NCBI GenBank assembly: GCA_963816145.1
Contig: CAWFJP010000006.1
Location: forward strand, 1 to 16,245
From: an uncultured delta proteobacterium
Lineage (GTDB): Bacteria; Desulfobacterota; Binatia; UBA9968
Direction: 5' to 3'
Length of the DNA: 16,245 nucleotides
Shown here piece by piece: positions 1-8,425 of the stretch. The notes beneath the pieces were generated by a model that saw only the letters and a program-made list of their open reading frames with translations, was not told the DNA's origin and did no database searches. The translations under genes and the position numbers were made by a program. Position 1 is the first letter of the stretch, and every line of letters starts with the position of its first letter.

Positions 1-1071
1 GCCGCTGCAGACGTCTCGTAGTGGGCTTTCGGGTATGACCAGGTCGTAGCGCTCCCGCTGCAGCGGCACGAAGTCCGAGACCGGCAGATGGACGCGGCGG
101 ACGCGCACGCCGATGCCGGCGTCGGCGAGGCCGGCTTTGACCCGCGACGCTACGATCGAGGTGCGAGAAGACTTCGTCGTCGTAGCCTTTGACGCGGTTG
201 GGCTTGATGGCGCTTCGCGAGTCAGTTGCTTGTCGAGGAGGCGGCGCGCGCCGGAGCCCTTTTCGCGGTTGACGATTCGGTACGGGGACGGTTCGGCGAT
301 ATCGGCTGACGGTCGCGGATCTTTTTGGGGATTGCCCTGGCGGACGATGAAACCTTCTTCCCAGTGGGCGAAGGTAACCACGCTGCAGTCCATGTCGCCG
401 AGGACTGGTTTCTTCAGGTTGGGAGTCCCCAGGCGCCTGCGCGCTCTATCGGCCAGATGGACTCCCGCGACGTGCACTTCGCCGCGCTTGAGCGCGTTGA
501 GCGCGACGCTGCTGCCCATGAGACAGGGCACCAGGTTTTCCTGGTCGTGTTTTCGGATGTGCTCGCCGGCCAAAAACATCGCCGGATCGCAGCCGCCGAC
601 TACGATTTTCCGCGGAATCGCTCCTCCTCGCGGTCCTTGAGCAGCTTGACCTTGACGCGTGTGATGGTGCGGGAGTCGTCCCGACGATGAGGCCGTCCGC
701 GGTCGCGCTCAGGCTCGGCCAATTCTCCGAGTGCCGATCGAGCGGGCGCACCAGGAGTCGGCGGCCGATTTGAGTCACCTGAGCGCGCGCCGGGAACGAT
801 CACCTCTGCGGCGAAAGCGCGCCAAGCAGTTCGCCTTCAACGATCTCCCCGCCTCGTTTGAGGCTGAACAAATCTTCGACGCGGCAATTGAGCGCGCGTG
901 CGAGTTGGAGCGCAACCGAGGTGGCGGGGGAATACTGATCGGACTCAGCGCGCTGACCGCCTGGCGCGTGATTCCGGCAAGATCTGCCAGTTGCTTTTGT
1001 GAGAGCGCCAGCGCTTGTCGTTTTTCGTGCAAGCGGTTTTCGATCGAGATATGAGGGTTCTCAGTTTTCAT
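1..1071 (-). CDS. XRE-family HTH plus PBP-like (molybdate/tungstate-binding) transcriptional regulator; 3' end off window; several frameshifts
   Basis: Stitching minus-strand frames gives an HTH_3 domain (NRLHEKRQALALSQKQLADLAGITRQAVSAL-ESDQYSPATSVALQLARALNCRVEDLF), then PBP_like motifs IVVGGCDPA, GSSVALNALKRGEVHVAGVHL, IVNREKGSGARRLLD and DFVPLQRERYDLVIP. The first frameshift is near 945. The architecture resembles cyanobacterial VnfR-type regulators. Confidence 0.85.
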
Positions 1072-1080
1072 GCCACCTTA

Positions 1081-1103
1081 GACAGAATAGCTACCATTAT
1101 GTC
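1081..1103. promoter_or_regulatory. Imperfect palindrome, candidate autoregulatory operator
   Basis: GACAGAATAG-CTA-CCATTATGTC; the arms match 8/10. It lies about 10 nt upstream of the regulator ATG and overlaps a minus-strand CATAAT. Confidence 0.35.
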
Positions 1104-1278
1104 CGCTATCATGTACCAAGCATTACTGTCGAGCCAGACCTGGAATCAGGTTCTGCTGTCGTGATTATGCAGTATCCCGCTGCGATGCAGCCTGCGCGGA
1201 AGATTAGATGGTTTTCGATTTCGGATTATCGCGCGTTTGATCAGTGTGCCCACCCAAAAGTTCGTTACATGATCCATC

Positions 1279-1364
1279 CGTCATTCCGGCAAGCTGGCGA
1301 TAGCTAGCGCGACCCGGAATCCAGGAAAATCGCCAACCTGGATGCCGGTTCTCCGGCATGAACG
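1279..1364. repeat. CGTC-tagged REP-like palindromic element
   Basis: CGTCATTCCGG...CCGGAATCCAGG-(11 nt)-CCTGGATGCCGG-TTCT-CCGGCATGAACG, the two-lobed layout of CGTC-family palindromic repeats, slightly degenerate. Confidence 0.65.
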
Positions 1365-1649
1365 TATGAGGCCGTCCGGTTATCGAGTTGCCTTTGCGTT
1401 GCCGGAAGTGGTAGCGGGTATTCACCGAGCTCGATGTTTCTTCTCGCGGATCGGCGCGATGGCCAGCCAATGGGTGAATACGCGGGGTGATTGGGCTGAA
1501 TCAGTCTGCGACTCCGAAAAAAGGCACGCAGAGCTCGGACGGGTCAGAGTTCAGAATTTGGTACGTTTCGGACGGGCGCCTTAGTATCCGATCTGGAATC
1601 TGACCGTTGGGGTTCTGTGGTTGCGATGATTCAGAAATGACGAGATGGG

Positions 1650-1919
1650 TCAGCGATCGGCCCGCGTCGCGTTTACTCCGCCGGGCTTTTTGAACCTACG
1701 CGAGTGGCGGCTCCAGTCGCAGCCGCAGTCGTTGCAGTACCACTCGCTCATGCCTTCCCATTCTTCGCGGTCGGCGGCGACGACTAGGCCCGTGTCGATT
1801 TTACGCTGGAGAGCCGGAGTGACGATGCCGTGGATGACCGGCACCGCAGTGAGCGAGCCGCATTCGGGGCAGGGCGGCGCTGGTTTGATGGCTTTTGTTT
1901 TGGTCGATTTCCTTGCCAT
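1650..1919 (-). CDS. Small hypothetical zinc-ribbon protein (89 aa)
   Basis: CPECG...WYCNDCGCDW double CxxC, basic N-terminus; co-oriented just downstream of the MetE-family gene. Confidence 0.65.
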   Translation of the reverse strand: MARKSTKTKAIKPAPPCPECGSLTAVPVIHGIVTPALQRKIDTGLVVAADREEWEGMSEWYCNDCGCDWSRHSRRFKKPGGVNATRADR

Positions 1920-1964
1920 TGCGAAGCGCAGGTCGTTAGCAGCTCCCCCTTCCCCTATTTGCAG

Positions 1965-2981
1965 TTAGAGGGTCTTTCTCACTTCGTTGGCGACATCGAC
2001 CAAGAGTTTTGCCTTGGCATCGGCCAGCTCCCGGGTGATCGTCATGAGGCCGCAGTCGGGGGCGAGCCAGAGATTTTTCGGCTCGATGTATTTGAGCGCG
2101 GTGCGCACGCGGTCGGCGACCTGGGCCACTGACGGTACCGGCGCATCGCTCGGATCGACGCAGCCGAACATGACGATGCGGCCTTTGGCGATCGACAGCA
2201 CCGCGGGATCGTAGCCGCTGCGGGCGAACTCTACGCCGAAGCCGCCGATGCGCGTCTTCATCAATTCTTCGAGCAGTTCCGGGTAGGTGTATTCATGCTG
2301 CCGATCGGGATGTCCTCCAGGATAGCCGTAGCAGAGATGAACCATGGTCGGCACGGTGATGCCTTCGAGGCAGCGGTCGAGCGCTTTGGCGCCGTACGCA
2401 AAAACTTTCTCGTGATAGCGGGTCATCGCCGGCTCGTCGATTTCCAGCACGTCGCAGCCGGCGGCTTGCAGGTCGCGCAGCTCTTGGTTGATCGCTACTG
2501 CCGCATCCATCGCCATGGCGGCTTCGTCACCTTTGTAAAACTCGTCCAGCGTGCTGTCGACGATGGTCATCGGCCCGGGCACATCCATCTTAATCGGTTT
2601 GTTGGTTTGCGCCTTGGCGAATTTGAGATCCTCGACAATCGCCTGTCGGCGCCGTGTGATCTTGCCGACGACGCGCGGCACCGGCCGCGGCTGCTCGCGC
2701 CGCCGGTAGATGGTTTTCACCGCCTCATGTTCAAGGTCGATGCCGTCGAATGACGCGAGGACATGATTGATAAATCCGGTGCGCCGCTGCTCGCCGTCGG
2801 ACAAGAGGTCGAGGCCGATCCGTTCTTGATTATGGATGCTCAGCGCCGTGGCGTCGTCCTGCGCTTGTTTGAGTTCCGCCCCCTCAAGGCGAAACACGGC
2901 GCGGCTGCGCTCGTTTTGCGCCAGCCAACTGGGCCGGGGGAAACTGCCGATGGTCGTGGCGGCGATCGGTGGAAGTTGCAT
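1965..2981 (-). CDS. Cobalamin-independent methionine synthase catalytic-domain (Meth_synt_2) family protein
   Basis: TTIGSFPRP, LSDGEQRR, PGPMTI, IDEP, Zn ligands HLCYG and PDCG; single-barrel length of 338 aa; GAGG SD upstream. Confidence 0.92.
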   Translation of the reverse strand: MQLPPIAATTIGSFPRPSWLAQNERSRAVFRLEGAELKQAQDDATALSIHNQERIGLDLLSDGEQRRTGFINHVLASFDGIDLEHEAVKTIYRRREQPRPVPRVVGKITRRRQAIVEDLKFAKAQTNKPIKMDVPGPMTIVDSTLDEFYKGDEAAMAMDAAVAINQELRDLQAAGCDVLEIDEPAMTRYHEKVFAYGAKALDRCLEGITVPTMVHLCYGYPGGHPDRQHEYTYPELLEELMKTRIGGFGVEFARSGYDPAVLSIAKGRIVMFGCVDPSDAPVPSVAQVADRVRTALKYIEPKNLWLAPDCGLMTITRELADAKAKLLVDVANEVRKTL

Positions 2982-3049
2982 GGTTCACCTCGATGGGAGA
3001 TTTGTCTTTGGCTATATATGTACCTCGTCGGAAAGACAAGGTGATTCTA

Positions 3050-3077
3050 AATGGATAATGGAGAATTGAAAATGCGA
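3050..3077. repeat. Heptamer tandem repeat
   Basis: AATGGAT AATGGAG AATTGAA AATGCGA, intergenic. Confidence 0.45.
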
Positions 3078-3105
3078 AGAAAAGTCCATTCGTCGCGGCA
3101 TCGAT

Positions 3106-3828
3106 TTAGATTGAGCGCGCGGACGGCAGCGGCCATTGTCCCACTAGGGTGTTGAAAAACACTGGCATTTTCGTTTCGAAAATCATCGGCTCGCCGCTGA
3201 AGGGATGCTTGAAGGAAATCGAGCGGGCATGAAGCGCTAGACGTTGTTGCCGTTTATGTTCTTTGCCATAGCGTTCGTCGCCGACCACCGGGTGGCCGAT
3301 GCCGGCGAGGTGCACGCGGATCTGGTGTTTCCGTCCGGTCAGCAGCTCGATTTCCAGGAGCGAAAAGTCCTTGGTCTCTTTCAGCACTTTGTATGCGGTG
3401 TGCGACAGTTTTCCTTTGCGTGCGTCGCTAGTCGTGTAGACACCATGCGCCTGGTTCTCCGCCAGGTAGGTCGTGATGGTGTCCGCGCGCTTCTCACAGC
3501 AGCCATGGACGACGGCGAGATATTGTTTCTTGGTGTCTTGCCATTGGTCCTGCAAACGAAACTTCGCTTGTTCGTTTTTGGCGAAGATCAGTATCCCCGA
3601 AGTCTCGCGATCGAGCCGGTGCACGATGAAAATGCGGTTCCGAGATTTCGCGACGCCCTTGCGGACGTAGTCGGTGAGAATGAAATAGGTGGTGCGTGAT
3701 TTTTCGCGATCGGTGCTGATGGTCAACAAGCCAGCCGGCTTGTCAACGACGATTATGTCGCGGTCTTCATGAAGGATCTCGATGCCGCCCAAGTGATGTT
3801 TGCCACTCGGGCCAGGGTGTCTACGCAT
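3106..3828 (-). CDS. RluA-family RNA pseudouridine synthase
   Basis: VVDKPAGLL, catalytic HRLDRETSG, LTGRKHQIRVH, PVVGDERYG, LALHA. Confidence 0.95.
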   Translation of the reverse strand: MRRHPGPSGKHHLGGIEILHEDRDIIVVDKPAGLLTISTDREKSRTTYFILTDYVRKGVAKSRNRIFIVHRLDRETSGILIFAKNEQAKFRLQDQWQDTKKQYLAVVHGCCEKRADTITTYLAENQAHGVYTTSDARKGKLSHTAYKVLKETKDFSLLEIELLTGRKHQIRVHLAGIGHPVVGDERYGKEHKRQQRLALHARSISFKHPFSGEPMIFETKMPVFFNTLVGQWPLPSARSI

Positions 3829-3870
3829 CGTCAGTCTTGGTCTGCGGCTCGATGAATTGGGTTGAATCCA

Positions 3871-4173
3871 TCATAATGCTCTACGGGAACGCCGCATGAC
3901 GTACTCGCGCAGCACACGATCCATGCGGGACTGCCACCCTTCGCCGGTGGACTTAAAGTACGCCAAGACCTCCCGGCTATAACGCACCGATACGAGTTGC
4001 TTCGCGCTCCCGGACTTGGGACGCCCGCGCAGCGCTCGCATGGGCACCATGGCCTTCAATTGCTTGAGTGTTAGCGGCTGGGCGTCAGGATCAGCCTTAG
4101 CCGCTGCTGTGATGGCCTTATCTTCTCGCACCGTGGGCATGACGACGGACGGGCGTTTAGTTGTTTTCGACAT
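3871..4173 (-). CDS. brnA: BrnA-family antitoxin
   Basis: RGRPK...KQLVSVRYSREVLAYFKSTGEGWQSRMDRVLR C-terminal ribbon-helix-helix signature; overlaps the toxin gene by 17 nt. Confidence 0.9.
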   Translation of the reverse strand: MSKTTKRPSVVMPTVREDKAITAAAKADPDAQPLTLKQLKAMVPMRALRGRPKSGSAKQLVSVRYSREVLAYFKSTGEGWQSRMDRVLREYVMRRSRRAL

Positions 4174-4426
4174 AGTATTTTACCTCTCGACGAATGGCTC
4201 GACGTAGGCTAATGTTCCTTCGTGCCTCGCCACGGTCGACAAATGCCACGTAATAAAGAATCTCGGTTTGCGGCGCGAGGGCGATCATCCGCAACTCATC
4301 GTAGTTGAAGCGGTCGTCGATCCAAACCAACGCCGCTTCCCAATCAAGCTCACCCGCCAGGGCCAGCGAGACGCCATGCTTGGCTCGATTCGCCACGTCT
4401 TTGGCGGGATCGAACTCGATACGCAT
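4157..4426 (-). CDS. brnT: BrnT-family ribonuclease toxin
   Basis: IEFDPAKDVANRAKHGVSL...DDRFNYDELRMIAL...ISLRRAIRREVKYY; toxin-first gene order typical of BrnTA. Confidence 0.92.
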   Translation of the reverse strand: MRIEFDPAKDVANRAKHGVSLALAGELDWEAALVWIDDRFNYDELRMIALAPQTEILYYVAFVDRGEARRNISLRRAIRREVKYYVENN

Positions 4427-4430
4427 GTAT

Positions 4431-4460
4431 TAATGTAGCTACAGTATAGAGGCGTGTCAA
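4431..4460 (-). promoter_or_regulatory. Sigma70 promoter with operator palindrome for brnTA (leaderless transcript)
   Basis: TTGACA (4460-4455), 17 nt, TACATT (4437-4432), 5 nt, then ATG. The perfect palindrome TGTAGCTACA at 4434-4443 overlaps the -10. Confidence 0.8.
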
Positions 4461-4522
4461 ACGGGGCGCGGATTACTGTTAGCGCTTTGTCCACTTCATT
4501 TTGCGAATCCGAATTTTCTTAA

Positions 4523-4567
4523 AACGATTTGAACGGCTTGAACAGTTGGAACGACTGGAACGGGTGT
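4523..4567. repeat. 9-bp period tandem repeat
   Basis: AACGATTTG AACGGCTTG AACAGTTGG AACGACTGG AACGGGTGT, immediately after the MFS stop. Confidence 0.7.
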
Positions 4568-4575
4568 CCCTGTCA

Positions 4576-5772
4576 TCAATCTTTCTTCCCCAGCAACCGA
4601 TAGAACAGCGCCGTCGTTATGATCAACGAGGTTCCGGCGGTCAGCGCAATCCCTAGCGAAGCGCCGAAAAGCGTGGCGGCGGCGCCGAGCACGATGGAGC
4701 CGATGGAGCGCATGCCCTGGTCGAGGTTGAACACGCTCATCACCCGGCCCATGAGATTGCGCGGTGCTTCGACCTGGATAATGACGCGGCTGATGGTGCG
4801 GAAACTCACTTGGCCGGCGCCGACCAGGGTCAACAAGACCACCGAGAGCCAGAAGATCGGCGACATACAAAAGAGCATGAGAAAAATCGGCGTCGTTGTC
4901 GTCATGATCCACAATATCATCGCCCGGTTCCACCGTTCACCGACGGAGGCGATAAAGCTCAGCGAAGCGATACCGCCCAACCCCGGCGCCGCCATCAGTA
5001 TGCCCAAACCCCTGGGGCCGACGTCGAGCACCTGCTTTGCGAACACCGGCAAAAAGCTCTGATAGGTGACGATGAATATCGCGAAGGTGTAGGCTGCGAT
5101 GACGCTGCTCAAAATCAGCGGCGTATGCCAAACATAGTGAAAGCCTTCTTTGAACTCGGCCAGAAAATTGTGTTCCCGGTCGACCGATTCCTCCTTGCGG
5201 TTGTGGATAAACAACATGCCCGTGGCCGATACTAGAAGGGTCGCCAGATAGGCGGCGTAGCAGCCGCCGACGCCGATCCAAAGTATCAACACGCCGCCAA
5301 GGGATGGGCCGGCGATGCGCGCGATATTGAATCCGACCGTGTAGAGCGCGACGGCGTTCATGACATCTTCGCGCGGCACCAATTCCGCCAGTATGGATTG
5401 CGCCGCCGAGGGATTTATCGCGCGGATCGAGCCGAAGAGAATTTCCAGCACGAGCAGGTGCCAGAACGCGAGGGTGCCGAACGTATAAATGGCTAAGAAA
5501 ATCGTGATAGGAATTGCGCAGCCAAATTGCACCATGATCAGCAATAGTTTGCGATCGTAGCGGTCCACCAACACGCCGCTGAACGCGCCCAGGATCAAGC
5601 GCGGTGTCGCGCTGCACAGTCCCAAGACTCCCAATGCCATCGCCGAGCCGGTGATTTCGTAGGCGATCCAGTATAGTGCGACTTCCTCGACGAATTGGCC
5701 CACCGAGCCGAGCAGATCGGTTGACCAAAAGAGCGCGTAGTTGCGGTGGCGTAGTGAGTGAAATATGCGAAT
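4576..5772 (-). CDS. MFS transporter (MFS_3/H+ antiporter-like)
   Basis: Motif A GVLVDRYDRK, FNIARIAGPSLGG, MGRVMS and many hydrophobic helices. The frame continues upstream of the listed GTG (5703) through IRIFHSLRHRNYALFW to an ATT at 5772 preceded by AAGGAG. Confidence 0.9.
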   Translation of the reverse strand: MRIFHSLRHRNYALFWSTDLLGSVGQFVEEVALYWIAYEITGSAMALGVLGLCSATPRLILGAFSGVLVDRYDRKLLLIMVQFGCAIPITIFLAIYTFGTLAFWHLLVLEILFGSIRAINPSAAQSILAELVPREDVMNAVALYTVGFNIARIAGPSLGGVLILWIGVGGCYAAYLATLLVSATGMLFIHNRKEESVDREHNFLAEFKEGFHYVWHTPLILSSVIAAYTFAIFIVTYQSFLPVFAKQVLDVGPRGLGILMAAPGLGGIASLSFIASVGERWNRAMILWIMTTTTPIFLMLFCMSPIFWLSVVLLTLVGAGQVSFRTISRVIIQVEAPRNLMGRVMSVFNLDQGMRSIGSIVLGAAATLFGASLGIALTAGTSLIITTALFYRLLGKKD

Positions 5773-5802
5773 GGTGTTGGGCTCCTTGCTGGAAAATATT
5801 TT

Positions 5803-5866
5803 TCACCACGAAGGGTACGAAGTGTTCGAAAAACAATAACACCGAGCTTCGTGTTCCTCGTGGTGA
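5803..5866. repeat. Inverted repeat with 9-bp periodic arms (CACGAAG type)
   Basis: TCACCACGAAGGGTACGAAG ... CTTCGTGTTCCTCGTGGTGA; the arms are 16/20 complementary. Confidence 0.7.
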
Positions 5867-6004
5867 GTAGAGTTTTGTGTATTGGCTATCGCTTCTTCCG
5901 CGAGAACGATAAATCAGCTTCTGTTTATAACCTTTCCAGTCGCCAGAGAAAAGCAAGCGCCGGGAAGAACTAAATGCACATGAATGCTCGATGTTCTGTT
6001 TGCC

Positions 6005-6035
6005 AATCCAAAATCAAAAATCGAATATCCAAAAT
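6005..6035. repeat. Heptamer tandem repeat (AATCCAA type)
   Basis: AATCCAA AATCAAA AATCGAA TATCCAA AAT. Confidence 0.65.
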
Positions 6036-6042
6036 GGACTGC

Positions 6043-6059
6043 TGCGGTTGACAGCCGCA
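6043..6059 (+). promoter_or_regulatory. Candidate operator palindrome over a TTGACA -35 box
   Basis: TGCGGTTG-A-CAGCCGCA (7/8 arms) contains TTGACA at 6048-6053. No convincing -10 follows. Confidence 0.3.
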
Positions 6060-6108
6060 ACGATTCGGATTACCTCGAATGAATACATTCTGAAGGAGAA
6101 TTACGATA

Positions 6109-7098
6109 GTGGCTTACGATGATCGCAGTGTGAAACCGATGAGCGCGAGTTTGATGCGCGCGCGCGTGGCGACCAAGCTTTTGGCGGGACTTTACGAAGA
6201 TGTGCCGACGATGTTGACCAGCGCGATCCGATTGATGGTCGAGCTTCCCGGCGGCAAAGGCCACGACGGGCCGCCCTATCCGTTCACCATCGGCGTCAGT
6301 CCGGCGTGGTGCAGCGGCCTCAACGGCGCCAAGCTGGTCGCCAACGGCAAGTTGGATCTGGTCTGGTTGAACCCTTCGATCATTCCCTCGATGGCGGTGC
6401 GCGGTGTCGGACCGTTTCGCAAAGCGCAGCCGCTGCGCGCGCTGGCGGTATTTCCTTCCTGGGATCGCTTGGTAATCGCCGTGTCGCCGCGACTCGGCGT
6501 GAACTCGATGGAGGAATTGATCGCCAAGAAACCGAAAATGAACGTGTCGATCGCCGTCAACGACTGCGTCGATTTTGCCATTAAATATTTGCTCAAGTGC
6601 CATGGTATTACGCAAAAAGATTTCGTCGATTGGGGCGGCGTTGTCGACGAGGTGGTGCGGCCGAGCAATCCGCACCGGCGCGAAGGGATCATCTCCGGCG
6701 AACTCGACATGGTCATCGACGAAGGCATGGACTCCTGGGGCGACGTGGCGGTCGAGCATGGCATGAAGTTTTTATCCTACTCGGAGGCGGTACTGCAGAG
6801 GCTCGAAAAGTTCGGCTTTCAGCGCGCCCGTTTGGACCACGGCCGCATCGACGGCATCAACGACCCGACCACCGTGGTCGACTTCAGCGGCTGGCCCATC
6901 GTTGTCCATGAGAAATTCCCCGCCGATTTGGCCTACCACATCGCCGGCGTCTTGGAAAAAATCCGCGAAGAGATTCCCTACGACGCAACGGAAACGCCGT
7001 CGATGAAACAGCTTTGCTCCAATACCGACGCCGGACCGCTGGATTTCCCGCTGCATCCGGGGGCGGAGAAGTATTATCGTGAGAAGGGGTATCTGTAA
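6109..7098 (+). CDS. TAXI-family (TRAP) solute-binding-fold protein without an obvious signal peptide
   Basis: LVANGKLDL, LRALAVFP, GVNSMEELI, IVVHEKFPADLAYHI and the C-terminal PLHPGAEKYYREKG TAXI signature; AAGGAG SD before the GTG. Confidence 0.85.
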   Translation: MAYDDRSVKPMSASLMRARVATKLLAGLYEDVPTMLTSAIRLMVELPGGKGHDGPPYPFTIGVSPAWCSGLNGAKLVANGKLDLVWLNPSIIPSMAVRGVGPFRKAQPLRALAVFPSWDRLVIAVSPRLGVNSMEELIAKKPKMNVSIAVNDCVDFAIKYLLKCHGITQKDFVDWGGVVDEVVRPSNPHRREGIISGELDMVIDEGMDSWGDVAVEHGMKFLSYSEAVLQRLEKFGFQRARLDHGRIDGINDPTTVVDFSGWPIVVHEKFPADLAYHIAGVLEKIREEIPYDATETPSMKQLCSNTDAGPLDFPLHPGAEKYYREKGYL

Positions 7099-7106
7099 AC
7101 GACGCG

Positions 7107-7178
7107 ATCGTGATTCGTGCTCGTATTCGTGGCGGAGTTTCTCGGATCCGACGATCACCGGTGACGAACACGATCACG
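7107..7178. repeat. Degenerate hexamer-periodic inverted repeat between convergent genes (possible terminator role)
   Basis: ATCGTGATTCGTGCTCGTATTCGTG ... CGACGATCACCGGTGACGAACACGATCACG. Confidence 0.5.
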
Positions 7179-7201
7179 GCATCTTTTAACGCCGCCTATG
7201 C

Positions 7202-8221
7202 CTATTTGGCGATGCCGTAGGATTTCAGCGTCTGGTCGATGTAGCCGCTATCGTCGAGTTTTTTCACCAGACGGGAGTCGATGAGGCTTTCCAAGTTGAC
7301 GTTTGCCACCTGAGGGTTTTGGGTTTTCATGAACCGTTGCATGTTGCGCATGCCCTCCATGGAGGGATAGGGCTTCAAATCGGTGCTTTTGACCATGCCA
7401 TCGTAGCCTTCTTCGGCGTCGGCCGAGTCGCTGAGCTTGAGACGTTTCATGATCGTCCGCACCACCAGCGGCTTATTTTCCGGCGCAAGGGAAAACGCCG
7501 CTCCCTCGATCAGCGCTTTCAAGAGATTCTCCAAGATTTGCGGTTGGGACTGCAAAAACGAATTGAGCACCACGACGGTCGAGCTGACGGTGCGGGTGTT
7601 GGTTTTGTTGAGCTCAACAAGAACCGGAAAGCCCTTTTTCTTGAGCTTCTGGCTGAATGCGGTGTCGAGGGGTGCGACGTCGATGACGCCGGTCTCCAAG
7701 GCTTGGGCGAGCACGGTTTGGTCGCCGATGGTGAGAACTTTGATGTCGTCTCGCGCCGGATCGAGCTTGAGCTGTTCGAGCGCGAGCATGGCGGTGATCC
7801 ATAGACTGCCGCCGACCACCTGAACGCCCAATCGTTTGCCGCGCAGATCCTTGGGCGAGTTGATGCCGGGCCGGGCGACCAGATCGTGGGTAAGTTTGCT
7901 GGTAAATGCGGCGATGATCTTGAGATCGGGTCCTTTCTCGCCGACTCCGAGAACCGAGATGCCGCCGGCTTGGCTGATGTCGATGCTTTTCGAATAAAGC
8001 GCGCTGATCGAGAGTGAGCTGTTGCGGATGAATATGACTTCCGCCTTGATGCCGTATTTGGCGAAGAAGCCTTGCTCGTCGGTGACCCAGAGGGGCGCAA
8101 CCCGCGGATTGTTAGCGGCGTGGGCGATGATCAGTTTCGTCGGCGCCGACGCACAATCGGCTTGGAACGCTATCACTGATTGAATCAGCAACCCCAGCAC
8201 GCCGATGAATAGATTGATCAT
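7202..8221 (-). CDS. ABC transporter substrate-binding protein, NMT1/SsuA/TauA family
   Basis: Hydrophobic signal peptide, PLWVTDEQGFFAKYGI, INSPKDLRGKRLGV, ALETGVID, LIDSRLVKKL; GGGAGG SD. Confidence 0.9.
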   Translation of the reverse strand: MINLFIGVLGLLIQSVIAFQADCASAPTKLIIAHAANNPRVAPLWVTDEQGFFAKYGIKAEVIFIRNSSLSISALYSKSIDISQAGGISVLGVGEKGPDLKIIAAFTSKLTHDLVARPGINSPKDLRGKRLGVQVVGGSLWITAMLALEQLKLDPARDDIKVLTIGDQTVLAQALETGVIDVAPLDTAFSQKLKKKGFPVLVELNKTNTRTVSSTVVVLNSFLQSQPQILENLLKALIEGAAFSLAPENKPLVVRTIMKRLKLSDSADAEEGYDGMVKSTDLKPYPSMEGMRNMQRFMKTQNPQVANVNLESLIDSRLVKKLDDSGYIDQTLKSYGIAK

Positions 8222-8284
8222 GGCGATAGCCTCCCTGAATGCTCATTGCGGGCTCACGGTGGATTGTTTTCAGATTCGGATTTG

Positions 8285-8392
8285 CACCGCAGAGGGCACG
8301 GGGGACACAGAGGCGAAGTCAGAGAGAACAACGATTTCTTGAAATTTTAATCTCCCTGGTTTTTCTCTGTGATCTCTGTGTGCTCTGTGGTG
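8285..8392. repeat. Inverted repeat with 9-bp periodic arms (CACAGAG type)
   Basis: CACCGCAGAGGGCACGGGGGACACAGAG (8285-8312) is complementary to CTCTGTGATCTCTGTGTGCTCTGTGGTG (8365-8392). Confidence 0.75.
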
Positions 8393-8425
8393 AGTTTTTC
8401 CGGAATTCACTGGCGAATATCCGCA

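Noticed and set aside
1-1071. Several small separate ORFs, or a decayed regulator
   Set aside because: The fragments join into one HTH plus PBP-like protein with the same indel pattern as the other window end.
1072-1649. Moco/tungsten cofactor riboswitch
   Set aside because: The context is suggestive, but I cannot match the conserved motif order; kept only as an unassigned structure.
3871-4495. brnTA as an integron cassette
   Set aside because: No attC-like stem or matching core sites flank it.
4937-5956. Long alternative-frame or antisense ORFs (also 8567-9532, 8319-9164, 6070-6759)
   Set aside because: They overlap well-supported genes, have Arg/Ala-rich shadow composition typical of GC-rich DNA, and show no recognisable motifs.
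4523-8392. CRISPR array
   Set aside because: The repeats are short-period or inverted with no repeat-spacer regularity, and there are no cas genes.
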